A DNA stretch of 64,000 nucleotides from Bacteroidia bacterium (GTDB lineage Bacteria; Bacteroidota; Bacteroidia; UKL13-3), in contig JAKLJI010000004.1 of assembly GCA_023151275.1 (NCBI GenBank), positions 4,946-68,945 of the forward strand, in the 5' to 3' direction. Both the position numbers and the translations under genes were made by a program. This document shows, piece by piece, positions 38,763 through 47,685 of the stretch. The notes beneath the pieces were generated by a model that worked only from the letters and a program-made list of their open reading frames with translations, searched no databases and was not told where the DNA came from. The first letter of the stretch is position 1. Each line of letters starts with the position of its first letter.

Positions 38763-39668
38763 TTACATCCATCCTTTTCTTCTGAACCATTGGTAAATGA
38801 CCAAGGTTATCCCTAGCATACCCAACATAACCGCAGGGTAACCCCAGGTGAATTTAAGTTCGGGCATAAACTCAAAATTCATTCCATATATGCCCACCAC
38901 AAAGGTAAGTGGCAGAAAAATAGCCGAAAAGGCAGTCAAAATACGCATTACGTCATTGGTTTTCTGACTCGAAATGGCCAGGTATAAATTCAACAAGGAA
39001 TTGATACTGTCATAAATTTCATCTGTCAAGCTATCAAGACCAACAAAATAATCGTACATATCGCTGTAATAGGTTGATTTTTTGTGGTTATGTGGAAGTG
39101 CTTCGATAACCGTTTTGTTAATCAGATTTAAACGCTTTATCAAATAGGCTTTTCGCTTAATCCGGTAGAGATTTTGCAGTAAATCTGGAACCTTCTTTTT
39201 CAGGAAAATGCTTTGTTCATAAACATCCACTTGTTTGTCGATTTGCTTCAGTGGAATTTGAAAAGTCTCCATTACGTTTTTGTTGATTTTGCAAACAACG
39301 TCAAATGGTCGCTTTACCAAAGGATCGCCGCAGTATTTTTCCGCAACTTTTTGAATGATTTGGGTATGACTTCTGTGAATGGTTAATAGGAATTTCTCAT
39401 TAAAAAAAATGGCCAGTTTTCGAGTAAGCTGCTGGAAATTGGTTGGATGGTGAACCGAATGCTCATCAAACATCCTGAAAATTACAAAAGTGTATTCTTC
39501 AAATACCTCAAATTTGGGTAAGTGGTCTGATTGCAAACAGTCTAAAACCGCAGGTTGAGGTAAATTAAATCGAACCGCTAATTCCCGTAGCTCCTCCTCA
39601 CTTGGGGTGCCCACATCAATCCATTCAAAGGGTAGGTTTGGGTAATGAATTTGAGTAGAATGGTTCAT
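38763..39668 (-). CDS. corA: CorA-family divalent cation transporter (ATG 39668 preferred)
   Basis: WID, HLPKFE, NDVMRILT, GIYGMNFEFMPEL, FRRKGWM. Confidence 0.92.
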   Translation of the reverse strand: MNHSTQIHYPNLPFEWIDVGTPSEEELRELAVRFNLPQPAVLDCLQSDHLPKFEVFEEYTFVIFRMFDEHSVHHPTNFQQLTRKLAIFFNEKFLLTIHRSHTQIIQKVAEKYCGDPLVKRPFDVVCKINKNVMETFQIPLKQIDKQVDVYEQSIFLKKKVPDLLQNLYRIKRKAYLIKRLNLINKTVIEALPHNHKKSTYYSDMYDYFVGLDSLTDEIYDSINSLLNLYLAISSQKTNDVMRILTAFSAIFLPLTFVVGIYGMNFEFMPELKFTWGYPAVMLGMLGITLVIYQWFRRKGWM

Positions 39669-39716
39669 GTAACTTTTGTTCCGTTGAATTGCATCAAATC
39701 TACGCAACTTTGAGGA

Positions 39717-41312
39717 ATGAAGCTTAAAATGAATCTTTTGCCTTTGTTGGCCTTTCTTTTGTTTTCAATTGGTGCAGCACAAAGTCAACCCTTTCAAATT
39801 GCCCTGCATCCAAAAACAGGTATGCAATTGCCGGCCATTCAATCATTCGCATGGGGAAACTTTGGCGATTACGTTTTTCTTTTTGGAGGTCGCACCGATG
39901 GACTTCACAGACGCCAGCCTGTATTTAGTTTTGCTGCATCAGGCAACAATACTCAGGTTTACCTTATCCATAACCGAACCTTTGAGGTTAAATCCTTTTC
40001 CTTAAGTCTTTTACCAAGTGGCATTCAGGAGCAATTGCAGAGTACCAATATGCAATTTGCCCAATACGGTAACTATTTGCTTTTAACCGGTGGCTATGCT
40101 TATTCGGCAACTCAGGCCAACCACATTACATTTCCAAATTTGACTGTTGTAGATTTGGAAGTGCTTTATTCGGCCTTTCAACAAAATGCAAATTTTTCAC
40201 AGGCCTTTAGGCAAATTTCTGATCAACGGATGGCTGTAACCGGTGGGCACATGGTTGCAATTGGGGATCGCTTTTTTCTCGCGGGTGGCAATCGATTCGA
40301 TGGAAGATACAATCCCATGGGCGGCGCTTCTTATGTGCAAAAGTACACCAATTCTATCCGTTCCTTTAACCTGAATCTTGCCGATACTCAGCTTACAATT
40401 CTTGATTTTCAGGAATGGACAGATAGTTTGAATTTGCATCGCAGAGACTATAATCTAACCCCTTTTCGTGCTGCAAATGGCCATACAAAATTTCATATCT
40501 GGTCAGGAGTTTTTCAATATGGGGTTGATTTACCTTGGTTAAATGTGGTGGAGTTTGATGAAGTCAGCTTCCAAGTAATTCCCAATTTCAACCAGTATTT
40601 GAATCAATACCATACTGCCAATGCTGTACTTTATGATTCGGCAACTCAAACCAATTTCACCCTTTTCTTTGGAGGAATTGGTCAGTACCAGTATCAAAAT
40701 GGTACTTTGGTCAGAAATGATAGTGTTCCATTTGTGAGAACTATTAGCTGTGTTGAAAGAAAGTCAAATGGTGTGATGGCTGAATTTGAACTTCCTGTTC
40801 AAATGCCCGGTTATCAGGGTGCTTCTGCCGAGTTTATTCCTGCCACCGATTTGCAAGGCGATGAACATAGTGTTTTTGTTTTACCTCCTAGCATAAAGGA
40901 TTCAATTTTGTTGGGAACTGTTTATGGGGGGATTTCGAGCACTGCTCCCAATATTTTCTTTACAAATACCGGAACCCAAAGTTCTGCTTTAGGCACATGG
41001 ACAGATGTTTGGCTGAAACCAGGTAAAGCCACTGCCATTCCAGTTAAAGAAATGAGTAGGGTAGAATTGGATGTTTTTCCCAATCCATTTTGCCAATTTT
41101 TACAAGTACGGGTTCCAGAAGCCTTTAAAAACGATTATAGTTTTTCATTGTTAACTATGCATGGGAAAAAACTGGAATTGCCTCCTATAAAGCAAGATGG
41201 AAATTCTTTCCAGTTTGATTTCTCCCAAGTGAATATTCAGGGAGTACTTTTTTTAGAGATTTCTTCGCCCAAGGGAAAGTCACTAATCAAACTTATTCAT
41301 AACTGTAATTAA
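39717..41312 (+). CDS. T9SS-secreted protein with kelch-like beta-propeller
   Basis: Signal peptide; repeated FGG/TGG/AGG blades; C-terminal VFPNPF...GVLFLEI...IKLI. Confidence 0.75.
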   Translation: MKLKMNLLPLLAFLLFSIGAAQSQPFQIALHPKTGMQLPAIQSFAWGNFGDYVFLFGGRTDGLHRRQPVFSFAASGNNTQVYLIHNRTFEVKSFSLSLLPSGIQEQLQSTNMQFAQYGNYLLLTGGYAYSATQANHITFPNLTVVDLEVLYSAFQQNANFSQAFRQISDQRMAVTGGHMVAIGDRFFLAGGNRFDGRYNPMGGASYVQKYTNSIRSFNLNLADTQLTILDFQEWTDSLNLHRRDYNLTPFRAANGHTKFHIWSGVFQYGVDLPWLNVVEFDEVSFQVIPNFNQYLNQYHTANAVLYDSATQTNFTLFFGGIGQYQYQNGTLVRNDSVPFVRTISCVERKSNGVMAEFELPVQMPGYQGASAEFIPATDLQGDEHSVFVLPPSIKDSILLGTVYGGISSTAPNIFFTNTGTQSSALGTWTDVWLKPGKATAIPVKEMSRVELDVFPNPFCQFLQVRVPEAFKNDYSFSLLTMHGKKLELPPIKQDGNSFQFDFSQVNIQGVLFLEISSPKGKSLIKLIHNCN

Positions 41313-41482
41313 ACCCGGATTATGCATTTGAACTTCGTCATGAGGGCCAAAATGCCAAAGAAATAGGCAGTTTCACGAGCAAGGCATAATGTATTGTTAT
41401 GGTGAGTGAGTGAAACTGAGTTTACGCCCAATTTCACAGGCATTTTGGGCAGTAATAGATGGTCAAATGCGTATTCCTGGTT
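41312..41482 (+). ncRNA. ssrS: Probable 6S RNA
   Basis: About 170-nt rod: 5' AACCCGGATTATGCATTTGA pairs with 3' TCAAATGCGTATTCCTGGTT; central bubble; inner stem CCAAAATGCC/GGCATTTTGG; followed by a terminator. Confidence 0.7.
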
Positions 41483-41518
41483 AAATCTGGTTTTCATTAG
41501 GGGTTTTGATTACCGGAG

Positions 41519-41548
41519 GCCGGCGGAGTTTTCTGCCGGCTTTTTTTT
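41519..41548 (+). terminator. Intrinsic terminator after 6S-like RNA
   Basis: GCCGGCGGAGTTTTCTGCCGGC followed by TTTTTTTT. Confidence 0.85.
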
Positions 41549-41646
41549 GTCAGGTTGAATACATCAAACAACCGATGGTATAAAATTGAAATTCAGGAGG
41601 AAGAATTACAGAACTGCTGAGTATTTTTGTTTTATTCGTTCAATTT

Positions 41647-44262
41647 ATGCTTAAAAATTTACTCTTTAGTTTATTCCTTCTTGCGGTAATTGGCTCAGTA
41701 AAGGGCCAAGTGCATTCCCGAAATGCTGGAGTTACATTTCGCTTTGATGATTACCAGGAGCCTGCCAAGCTTGAGAAAATCAGGACTGTTTTTAAGCAAT
41801 ACGGTTTTCATTTTGTGCATGGAGTAAATCCTTCCAATGCTTACCTCTACGCTGATTCAAATGCCTATTGGAATCTACTGAGAACCCTTCAAGCAGAAGG
41901 CCATGAATTGGCAGATCAAACGCCCAATGATATGACCCATTTTTTCAAGTATCATTTGCCGGAAGAGGCTGCCTATTTTGCCGCAAAGCCTGGAGTTGAT
42001 CATGTGAATACCCTCGAAAAACGGGTTTGTTTGAATTATACCATCAATGATTTTTCGGGAGTTGGAAACGAAAGTCGAGTAACCATAAAAGACAATATGA
42101 TTATCTCCGGAAAAAACGGAGAATGGAATGCCGAGAACACTTGGGGTGATAACTATTTCACCCATTTGTACCTGCCTGCCACCAATCAGGTACTGGGTTT
42201 GGCCTATTTCCACAGCACAGTGCCAAGCGACCCCGATACTGCTTTTGTTCGTTCGTTTTGGGGTGAAACCATCAGCTTGAACAACGCAACAAATGTTGAG
42301 TACCGAAAAATTTCTCCCTTTGATATCAGCATTGCAAACGATGGGGTTAGGTTACTGGCTCAATACAGCCAAATGCTTTTCGCAGCCAATCAGCTTAAGG
42401 CTCCAACTGTTTTTCTTCAACCCGGAAATTCTACTCCGTATCTAAGCAGCAAGCAAGTGCAGGAAATTTATGAGGCAGAATACGGCTATACCTGCGGAAA
42501 TGTCTATCCCCTCAAACAAAATACTTACTTGTTTAGCAATCCGGAAGGCAATAATCATTTCAAAATTCGAGGTGGGGATTTTACCGAGGAATACAATTCA
42601 GTTGCTGAAATCATCAAGCTAATTGCCGATAACTCTGCTTCGCATATTGTTACTGTAAGCCTGAATCACCTCAGTTCATGGGGAGGTGCTGCGCAAATTG
42701 ATGATGTGGTGGCCAAGCTTCAGCAAATTTTGGCCTTTTGCAAAACCCATTCAATTCCCGTAAGAACCTATTCGGAAGTAAATGCCGATTTAAACTTGTC
42801 TTCCGTTTATTCAGCAGAAAACATCTTTCCAAGTCTATCCCGCGACCGTGATGTGGATGGCAACCCCGATGGAATTGTATTGGGTGTTGGAAATTATTCG
42901 CCAAATGGTGGTCCCGATAACCTGCCTTATTTGTCGGGAAACATTGGCGGCCAATTGCTTCGAGTTCCGATTTTAGGTGGATTAACCAAAGGTTGGAACC
43001 AAATGAGCATGAAAACCAAAGGGGGAAAAAATCAATGGGAGAACATTGGTATGTATATGCAATTACCGGAGGCCAATATGGATTTATTGCGGACTTTTCC
43101 GGCAGATACTCCCGATTGGACCACACAAACGGTTTGGTTTTATGTGCCCGAAAATGTGAATGTAATAAGCATTTACTTAAACCTAAATGCACCCCTGGGT
43201 TCAACTATTTATGTGAGCGATATTCGATTAAACGGATACCAATCTCCACAAATTTTGGCGGGTAGATTAGCAAGAAAAGCCAATCAGGCATTTCCGGTGT
43301 TGGATTTAGACAATAAGGTAAAATCAGAAACCTATCTTCCTTCCACCTTAACCTGGGAAATTCTGAATCAAGGAGTTTCCAATACAGCCGAAATCAGAAA
43401 TCGAAATTTGTATGTGTATCCCAATAAGCATTTTCAAACTGGGGAAGACCAGGTTCTCATTCGGGTTTTTCATCCTTCAGATAGCTTGTATGCAGATACA
43501 GCGGTCATAAGTTTAGTGGCAACTGAGGCGGTTGCCTGCAAAAACTGCCGTCAAACCTTGGAGGTGCTTCCTTCACCGGATGATTCGGTGTACACCTGGA
43601 CATCGAGTCCGCAAAGCACCATTCGTTACGGAGCCTTGCCCTATAAAATTGAAGTTCAACCTACTGCCCCAACTACGTTTCAGCTTCAAATTACCAAAAA
43701 GGGAGGTGCCATGGGTTCCCATGCTCATCAATTTAGGTTGAACGATCCCTTTGAATACCCGGGAGGCTCGAAGATGCTTTATTTTGAATCAGCGCCGGCC
43801 TTGGCCATTCCATTAAAGGCAAGTGGACTTCCCAACTTTTACCATACCGTTGCCATTCACAAGAATTTCAACCAGCATCAGGCACAATTCAACAATCAGA
43901 ATTTGATGCCAGATACCCTTTACATCCTTAGAAATGCAGGGTATTCCGGGTTTGATAATTTGGATTTGGTATTCACCAGCCCAAGCTGCGATCGCTTGTT
44001 GTTTACCATTCAAACCAGCACCTATCCGGTTGGATTGGAGGAGCAGGTTGGCAAAAAGCTACAGGTATTCCCGAGTCCATTTACAGAATTGTTGCAGGTA
44101 AAGGGAATTGAGAATGGAAGTTCCTTTGTTGTGTTTGATTTGAATGGACGTTTGATTGCCACAGGTCAGGTTCAAAACGAAGAATTGGAGCTAAAAGGTC
44201 TGGAACCTGGCATGTATGTGTTGAAAATAGGCGAAGGCTATTGCCGGTTGATAAAGAATTGA
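41647..44262 (+). CDS. T9SS-secreted multidomain protein with NodB/polysaccharide-deacetylase-like N-domain, CBM-like and Ig-like domains
   Basis: Signal peptide; VTFRFDDY, EGHELADQT; C-terminal VFPSPF...VFDLNGRLI...PGMYVLKI. Confidence 0.7.
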   Translation: MLKNLLFSLFLLAVIGSVKGQVHSRNAGVTFRFDDYQEPAKLEKIRTVFKQYGFHFVHGVNPSNAYLYADSNAYWNLLRTLQAEGHELADQTPNDMTHFFKYHLPEEAAYFAAKPGVDHVNTLEKRVCLNYTINDFSGVGNESRVTIKDNMIISGKNGEWNAENTWGDNYFTHLYLPATNQVLGLAYFHSTVPSDPDTAFVRSFWGETISLNNATNVEYRKISPFDISIANDGVRLLAQYSQMLFAANQLKAPTVFLQPGNSTPYLSSKQVQEIYEAEYGYTCGNVYPLKQNTYLFSNPEGNNHFKIRGGDFTEEYNSVAEIIKLIADNSASHIVTVSLNHLSSWGGAAQIDDVVAKLQQILAFCKTHSIPVRTYSEVNADLNLSSVYSAENIFPSLSRDRDVDGNPDGIVLGVGNYSPNGGPDNLPYLSGNIGGQLLRVPILGGLTKGWNQMSMKTKGGKNQWENIGMYMQLPEANMDLLRTFPADTPDWTTQTVWFYVPENVNVISIYLNLNAPLGSTIYVSDIRLNGYQSPQILAGRLARKANQAFPVLDLDNKVKSETYLPSTLTWEILNQGVSNTAEIRNRNLYVYPNKHFQTGEDQVLIRVFHPSDSLYADTAVISLVATEAVACKNCRQTLEVLPSPDDSVYTWTSSPQSTIRYGALPYKIEVQPTAPTTFQLQITKKGGAMGSHAHQFRLNDPFEYPGGSKMLYFESAPALAIPLKASGLPNFYHTVAIHKNFNQHQAQFNNQNLMPDTLYILRNAGYSGFDNLDLVFTSPSCDRLLFTIQTSTYPVGLEEQVGKKLQVFPSPFTELLQVKGIENGSSFVVFDLNGRLIATGQVQNEELELKGLEPGMYVLKIGEGYCRLIKN

Positions 44263-44289
44263 GGATTAGGGAATCTTCAATATTTGGTT

Positions 44290-44537
44290 CTATAAACCTA
44301 TTACCCCTTCAGGGTGAAATTTCGGATTACCATTTCGGTTTCAACTGTACCACCGTTCCGGATTCAATTCTAGGATAATTCTGGAACCTGATTTGGTTGT
44401 TATTTGTAATAATAATCCCGAAGGGATTGCAGGTTTATAGAAATTAGATGGATTGGACGGCAGTTCGACCCCAAAGGGGTCGTAGGTTTATAGCAATGGG
44501 TTAGTCATCAAAATTCGACCCTGAAGGGGTCGCAGAA
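44290..44537. repeat. REP/BIME-like unit, copy 1 (248 bp, four hairpins)
   Basis: CTATAAACCT-ACCCCTTCAGGGT; AATCCCGAAGGGATT-AGGTTTATAG; CGACCCCAAAGGGGTCG-AGGTTTATAG; CGACCCTGAAGGGGTCG; direct repeat of 45309-45556. Confidence 0.9.
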
Positions 44538-44585
44538 ACCACCGCAATCCCTTGGTTTTACTATGCTTTTCCCTTGGTCAATTTT

Positions 44586-45047
44586 TTAATCAATCCAATT
44601 GAATAAATACTTTTCATCATGTTCAATTTCAAATTTCTTTAAAAAGTCAATATACTCCTCCTTGAAGGATGTTTTTTTATGATGCTCTTTTTGATTTTCG
44701 ATGTATTTCACCACGGCATCAATTTGTGAATGGCTGTATGAAAATGCGCCATAACCATCCTGCCAACTGAAATTAAACTTGGAAAATTTGTTTAACTGAA
44801 TGAATTCATTGCTACTTTTCTTTATTTCCCTTATCAAATCAGAAAGGCAACAAGAAGGTTTCATGCCTATGAAAATGTGGATATGATCCGCCATGCCATT
44901 TATTGCGATCAGTTTTTGCTGTTTAGCCCTTACTATACCTGTAATGTATTGGTAAAGTCTTTCTTCCCATTCTTTTTCGATTAGGCTTTCTCTCCCTTTT
45001 ACAGCAAATACCACTTGAATGTAAATTTGTGAAAATGTTCCCGCCAT
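44586..45047 (-). CDS. tnpA: IS200/IS605-family Y1 HUH transposase (REP-associated tyrosine transposase-like)
   Basis: VVFAVKGR, DHIH (HUH), WQDGYGAFS, YIENQ catalytic Tyr; flanked by REP hairpins; no tnpB. Confidence 0.92.
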   Translation of the reverse strand: MAGTFSQIYIQVVFAVKGRESLIEKEWEERLYQYITGIVRAKQQKLIAINGMADHIHIFIGMKPSCCLSDLIREIKKSSNEFIQLNKFSKFNFSWQDGYGAFSYSHSQIDAVVKYIENQKEHHKKTSFKEEYIDFLKKFEIEHDEKYLFNWID

Positions 45048-45308
45048 ATTTCTATTTTTTTATTAAGTCAATTTGCACAAGCTGAAAGTCTTTTTAGTTT
45101 AAAATTTATGAAGTGCAATTTACCTTGAATGCTTGGGGAAATCCAATTTTGGCTCCAATAGCTTTGAATTTAAAGGACGATTTTGAGGCTGTTGTTATTA
45201 GGAATAGCAGTACTTCAGTAAAATCGGGCCATGAAATTAAAAAAGGAAAATGGTGGAGGTGATTGTACGACCCCTTCAGGGGCGTGTGAATCCTATTCGC
45301 AATTTGTC

Positions 45309-45556
45309 CTATAAACCTATCACCCCTTCAGGGTGAATTTTTGGTTCACCATTTCGGTTTCAACTGTACCACCATTTCAGATTCAATGGTTAGATAATTC
45401 TGGAATCTTATTTGATTGCTATTTGCATCTATTATCCCAAAGGGATTACAGGTTTATAGAAATTAGATGGATTGGACGGCAGCTCGACCCCAAAGGGGTC
45501 GTAGGTTTATAGCAATGGGTTAGTCATGAAAGTTCGACCCTGAAGGGGTCGCAGAA
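45309..45556. repeat. REP/BIME-like unit, copy 2 (248 bp)
   Basis: Colinear, same length as copy 1, with scattered substitutions; a lone hairpin ACGACCCCTTCAGGGGCGT lies at 45267-45285. Confidence 0.9.
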
Positions 45557-45575
45557 TTCTACACGCCGATTTGTC

Positions 45576-45663
45576 CTAAAAACCTATCAACCCATCAGGG
45601 TGAAATTTCGGATTACCATTTCGGTTTCAACTGTACCACCATTCCGGATTCAATTGTTGGATA
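45576..45663. repeat. Partial third copy of the REP unit
   Basis: CTAAAAACCTATCAACCCATCAGGGTGAAATTTCGGATTACCATTTCGGTTTCAACTGTACCACC matches the first ~88 bp of copy 1. Confidence 0.85.
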
Positions 45664-45677
45664 TGACCCATTCAAAC

Positions 45678-45708
45678 AAAAAAGGCGATCAACAATTGAC
45701 CGCCTTTT
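45678..45708 (-). terminator. Intrinsic terminator of lpdA
   Basis: AAAAAAGGCGATCAA-CAA-TTGACCGCCTTTT. Confidence 0.75.
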
Positions 45709-45728
45709 ATTGTAATTATTCGTTTGGT

Positions 45729-47117
45729 TTACAAATGGATGCATTCTCCATAAGCCTGGGCTGCTGCTTCCATTACCGCTTCCGACATGGTTGGATGCGG
45801 GTGAACGGTTTTTATGATTTCCATGCCTGTTGTTTCCAACTTGCGTGCCGCAACAATTTCGGCAATCATTTCGGTAACATTGGCTCCTACCATGTGGGCT
45901 CCCAATAATTCACCGTATTTGGCATCAAAAATAACCTTAACAAATCCTTCTTTGGCGCCTGCTGCCGATGCTTTTCCGCTGGCTGAGAATGGGAACTTGC
46001 CAACTTTGATTTCATATCCGGCTTCCTTTGCTGCTTTTTCGGTATAACCAACCGAAGCAACTTCTGGCGAACAATACGTACAACCCGGGATATTGTTGTA
46101 GTTCAAAGGTTCAGGATGGTGTCCCGCAATTTTCTCAACGCAAATAATGCCTTCTGCCGAAGCCACGTGCGCCAAAGCCGGACCTTTTACAATATCACCA
46201 ATGGCATAAACTCCCTTGATATTGGTTGCATAGTAATCATCAACCACTACTTTGCCCTTATCGGTTTTTACACCAACAGATTCCAGACCTAGGTTTTCAA
46301 GATTGGTTTGAATACCTACTGCAGATAAAACTACATCGGCTTCCAAATCAACCATGCCTGAGGCAGTTTTAACTTTTACCTTACAGCCTTTTCCGCTGGT
46401 ATCAACAGATTCAACCGAGGCTGAAGTCATAATTTCAATACCCGATTTCTTGAAAGATTTTGCAACTTCTTTTGAAACCTCTTCATCCTCGATAGGAAGA
46501 ATATTGGGCATAAACTCAACAATAGTAACCTTGGTTCCCATGCTGTTGTAGAAATAAGCAAACTCGCAACCAATGGCACCAGAGCCCATAACCACCATTG
46601 ATTTTGGCTGCTCGGCCATAACCATTGCTTCGCGATATCCAATAACCTTTTTTCCGTCGAGTTTTACATTGGGCAATTCGCGACTGCGAGCGCCGGTGGC
46701 TAAGATTATGTGTTTAGCTTCAACCGTTTTCTTGCTTCCGCTAGCTTCAGTTACTTCAACTTTAGAACCTGAAAGCAATTTGCCATAGCCTTGAATAACA
46801 TCGATTTTGTTTTTCTTCATCAAAAAAGCAATTCCTTTACTCATGCCTTCAGCAACACCGCGACTGCGTTTTACAACAGCACCAAAATCATGCTCGGCGC
46901 TAGAAACTGTAATTCCGTAATCCTTGGCATGTCGGATATATTCAAAAACCTGTGCAGATTTTAATAAGGCCTTGGTGGGGATACAACCCCAGTTCAGACA
47001 TACTCCACCCAGTTCTGCTTTTTCAACAATGGCAGTTTTCATTCCCAGCTGGCTGGCACGAATAGCAGCAACATATCCACCGGGACCACTTCCGATTACA
47101 ACAACATCGTAATTCAT
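45729..47117 (-). CDS. lpdA: Dihydrolipoyl dehydrogenase
   Basis: GSGPGGYVAAIR, GGVCLNWGCIPTK, GSGAIGCE, HPHPTMSE. Confidence 0.97.
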   Translation of the reverse strand: MNYDVVVIGSGPGGYVAAIRASQLGMKTAIVEKAELGGVCLNWGCIPTKALLKSAQVFEYIRHAKDYGITVSSAEHDFGAVVKRSRGVAEGMSKGIAFLMKKNKIDVIQGYGKLLSGSKVEVTEASGSKKTVEAKHIILATGARSRELPNVKLDGKKVIGYREAMVMAEQPKSMVVMGSGAIGCEFAYFYNSMGTKVTIVEFMPNILPIEDEEVSKEVAKSFKKSGIEIMTSASVESVDTSGKGCKVKVKTASGMVDLEADVVLSAVGIQTNLENLGLESVGVKTDKGKVVVDDYYATNIKGVYAIGDIVKGPALAHVASAEGIICVEKIAGHHPEPLNYNNIPGCTYCSPEVASVGYTEKAAKEAGYEIKVGKFPFSASGKASAAGAKEGFVKVIFDAKYGELLGAHMVGANVTEMIAEIVAARKLETTGMEIIKTVHPHPTMSEAVMEAAAQAYGECIHL

Positions 47118-47235
47118 GTTCGTTTAGATTTGGCGCAAAATAAAGGAATCGCAGCAATTATTCCGCTTTCCTAATTTCTATAACCCTTTCTGCTACCCAA
47201 TTATTTGACTTAATTTGCAGCCAAAATTACTAAAC

Positions 47236-47673
47236 ATGCGTACAGCTGAAATCCATACCAACAAAGGACTCATGAAGATTGAGTTTTTTGAAAAAGATGC
47301 TCCTCAAACCGTAGAAAATTTCTGTAAACTGGCCACTAGCGGATATTACAACGGCGTAAGCTTTCACCGCGTTATTCCTGATTTTGTTATTCAAGGCGGC
47401 GACCCCACCGGTACAGGTGCAGGTGGTCCCGGATATACCATTCCCTGCGAATTGGATGGCGATAACCAATACCACGATCGTGGTGTGTTAAGTATGGCAC
47501 ATCGAGGAAGAAATACCGGCGGTTCACAGTTCTTTATCTGCCACAACCGTTCAAATACCCAACATCTTGATAGAAACCATACTTGCTTTGGAAAAGTGGT
47601 TGAAGGTTTAGATGTAATCGACCAGATTCGTCAGGGCGATGTGATGGAGAAAGTTTTGATTGTTGAAGCTTAA
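47236..47673 (+). CDS. Cyclophilin-type peptidyl-prolyl isomerase (ATG 47236)
   Basis: [36 protein letters not shown]. Confidence 0.95.
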   Translation: MRTAEIHTNKGLMKIEFFEKDAPQTVENFCKLATSGYYNGVSFHRVIPDFVIQGGDPTGTGAGGPGYTIPCELDGDNQYHDRGVLSMAHRGRNTGGSQFFICHNRSNTQHLDRNHTCFGKVVEGLDVIDQIRQGDVMEKVLIVEA

Positions 47674-47685
47674 GCCGAATCCACT

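Larger units (their letters stand above)
44290..45663. mobile_element. REPtron-like locus: Y1 transposase flanked by REP arrays
   Basis: About ten related hairpins on both sides of tnpA, between a T9SS cargo gene and lpdA. Confidence 0.75.

Noticed and set aside
41309..41497. Track ORF of 62 aa (minus)
   Set aside because: Antisense to the 6S-like RNA.
44290..45663. Possible CRISPR array
   Set aside because: Repeats occur in both orientations, spacing is irregular, spacers are duplicated rather than unique, and no cas genes are present; the adjacent Y1 transposase points to REPs.
45600..45908. Track ORF of 102 aa
   Set aside because: Spans a REP copy, the lpdA terminator and the antisense of lpdA.
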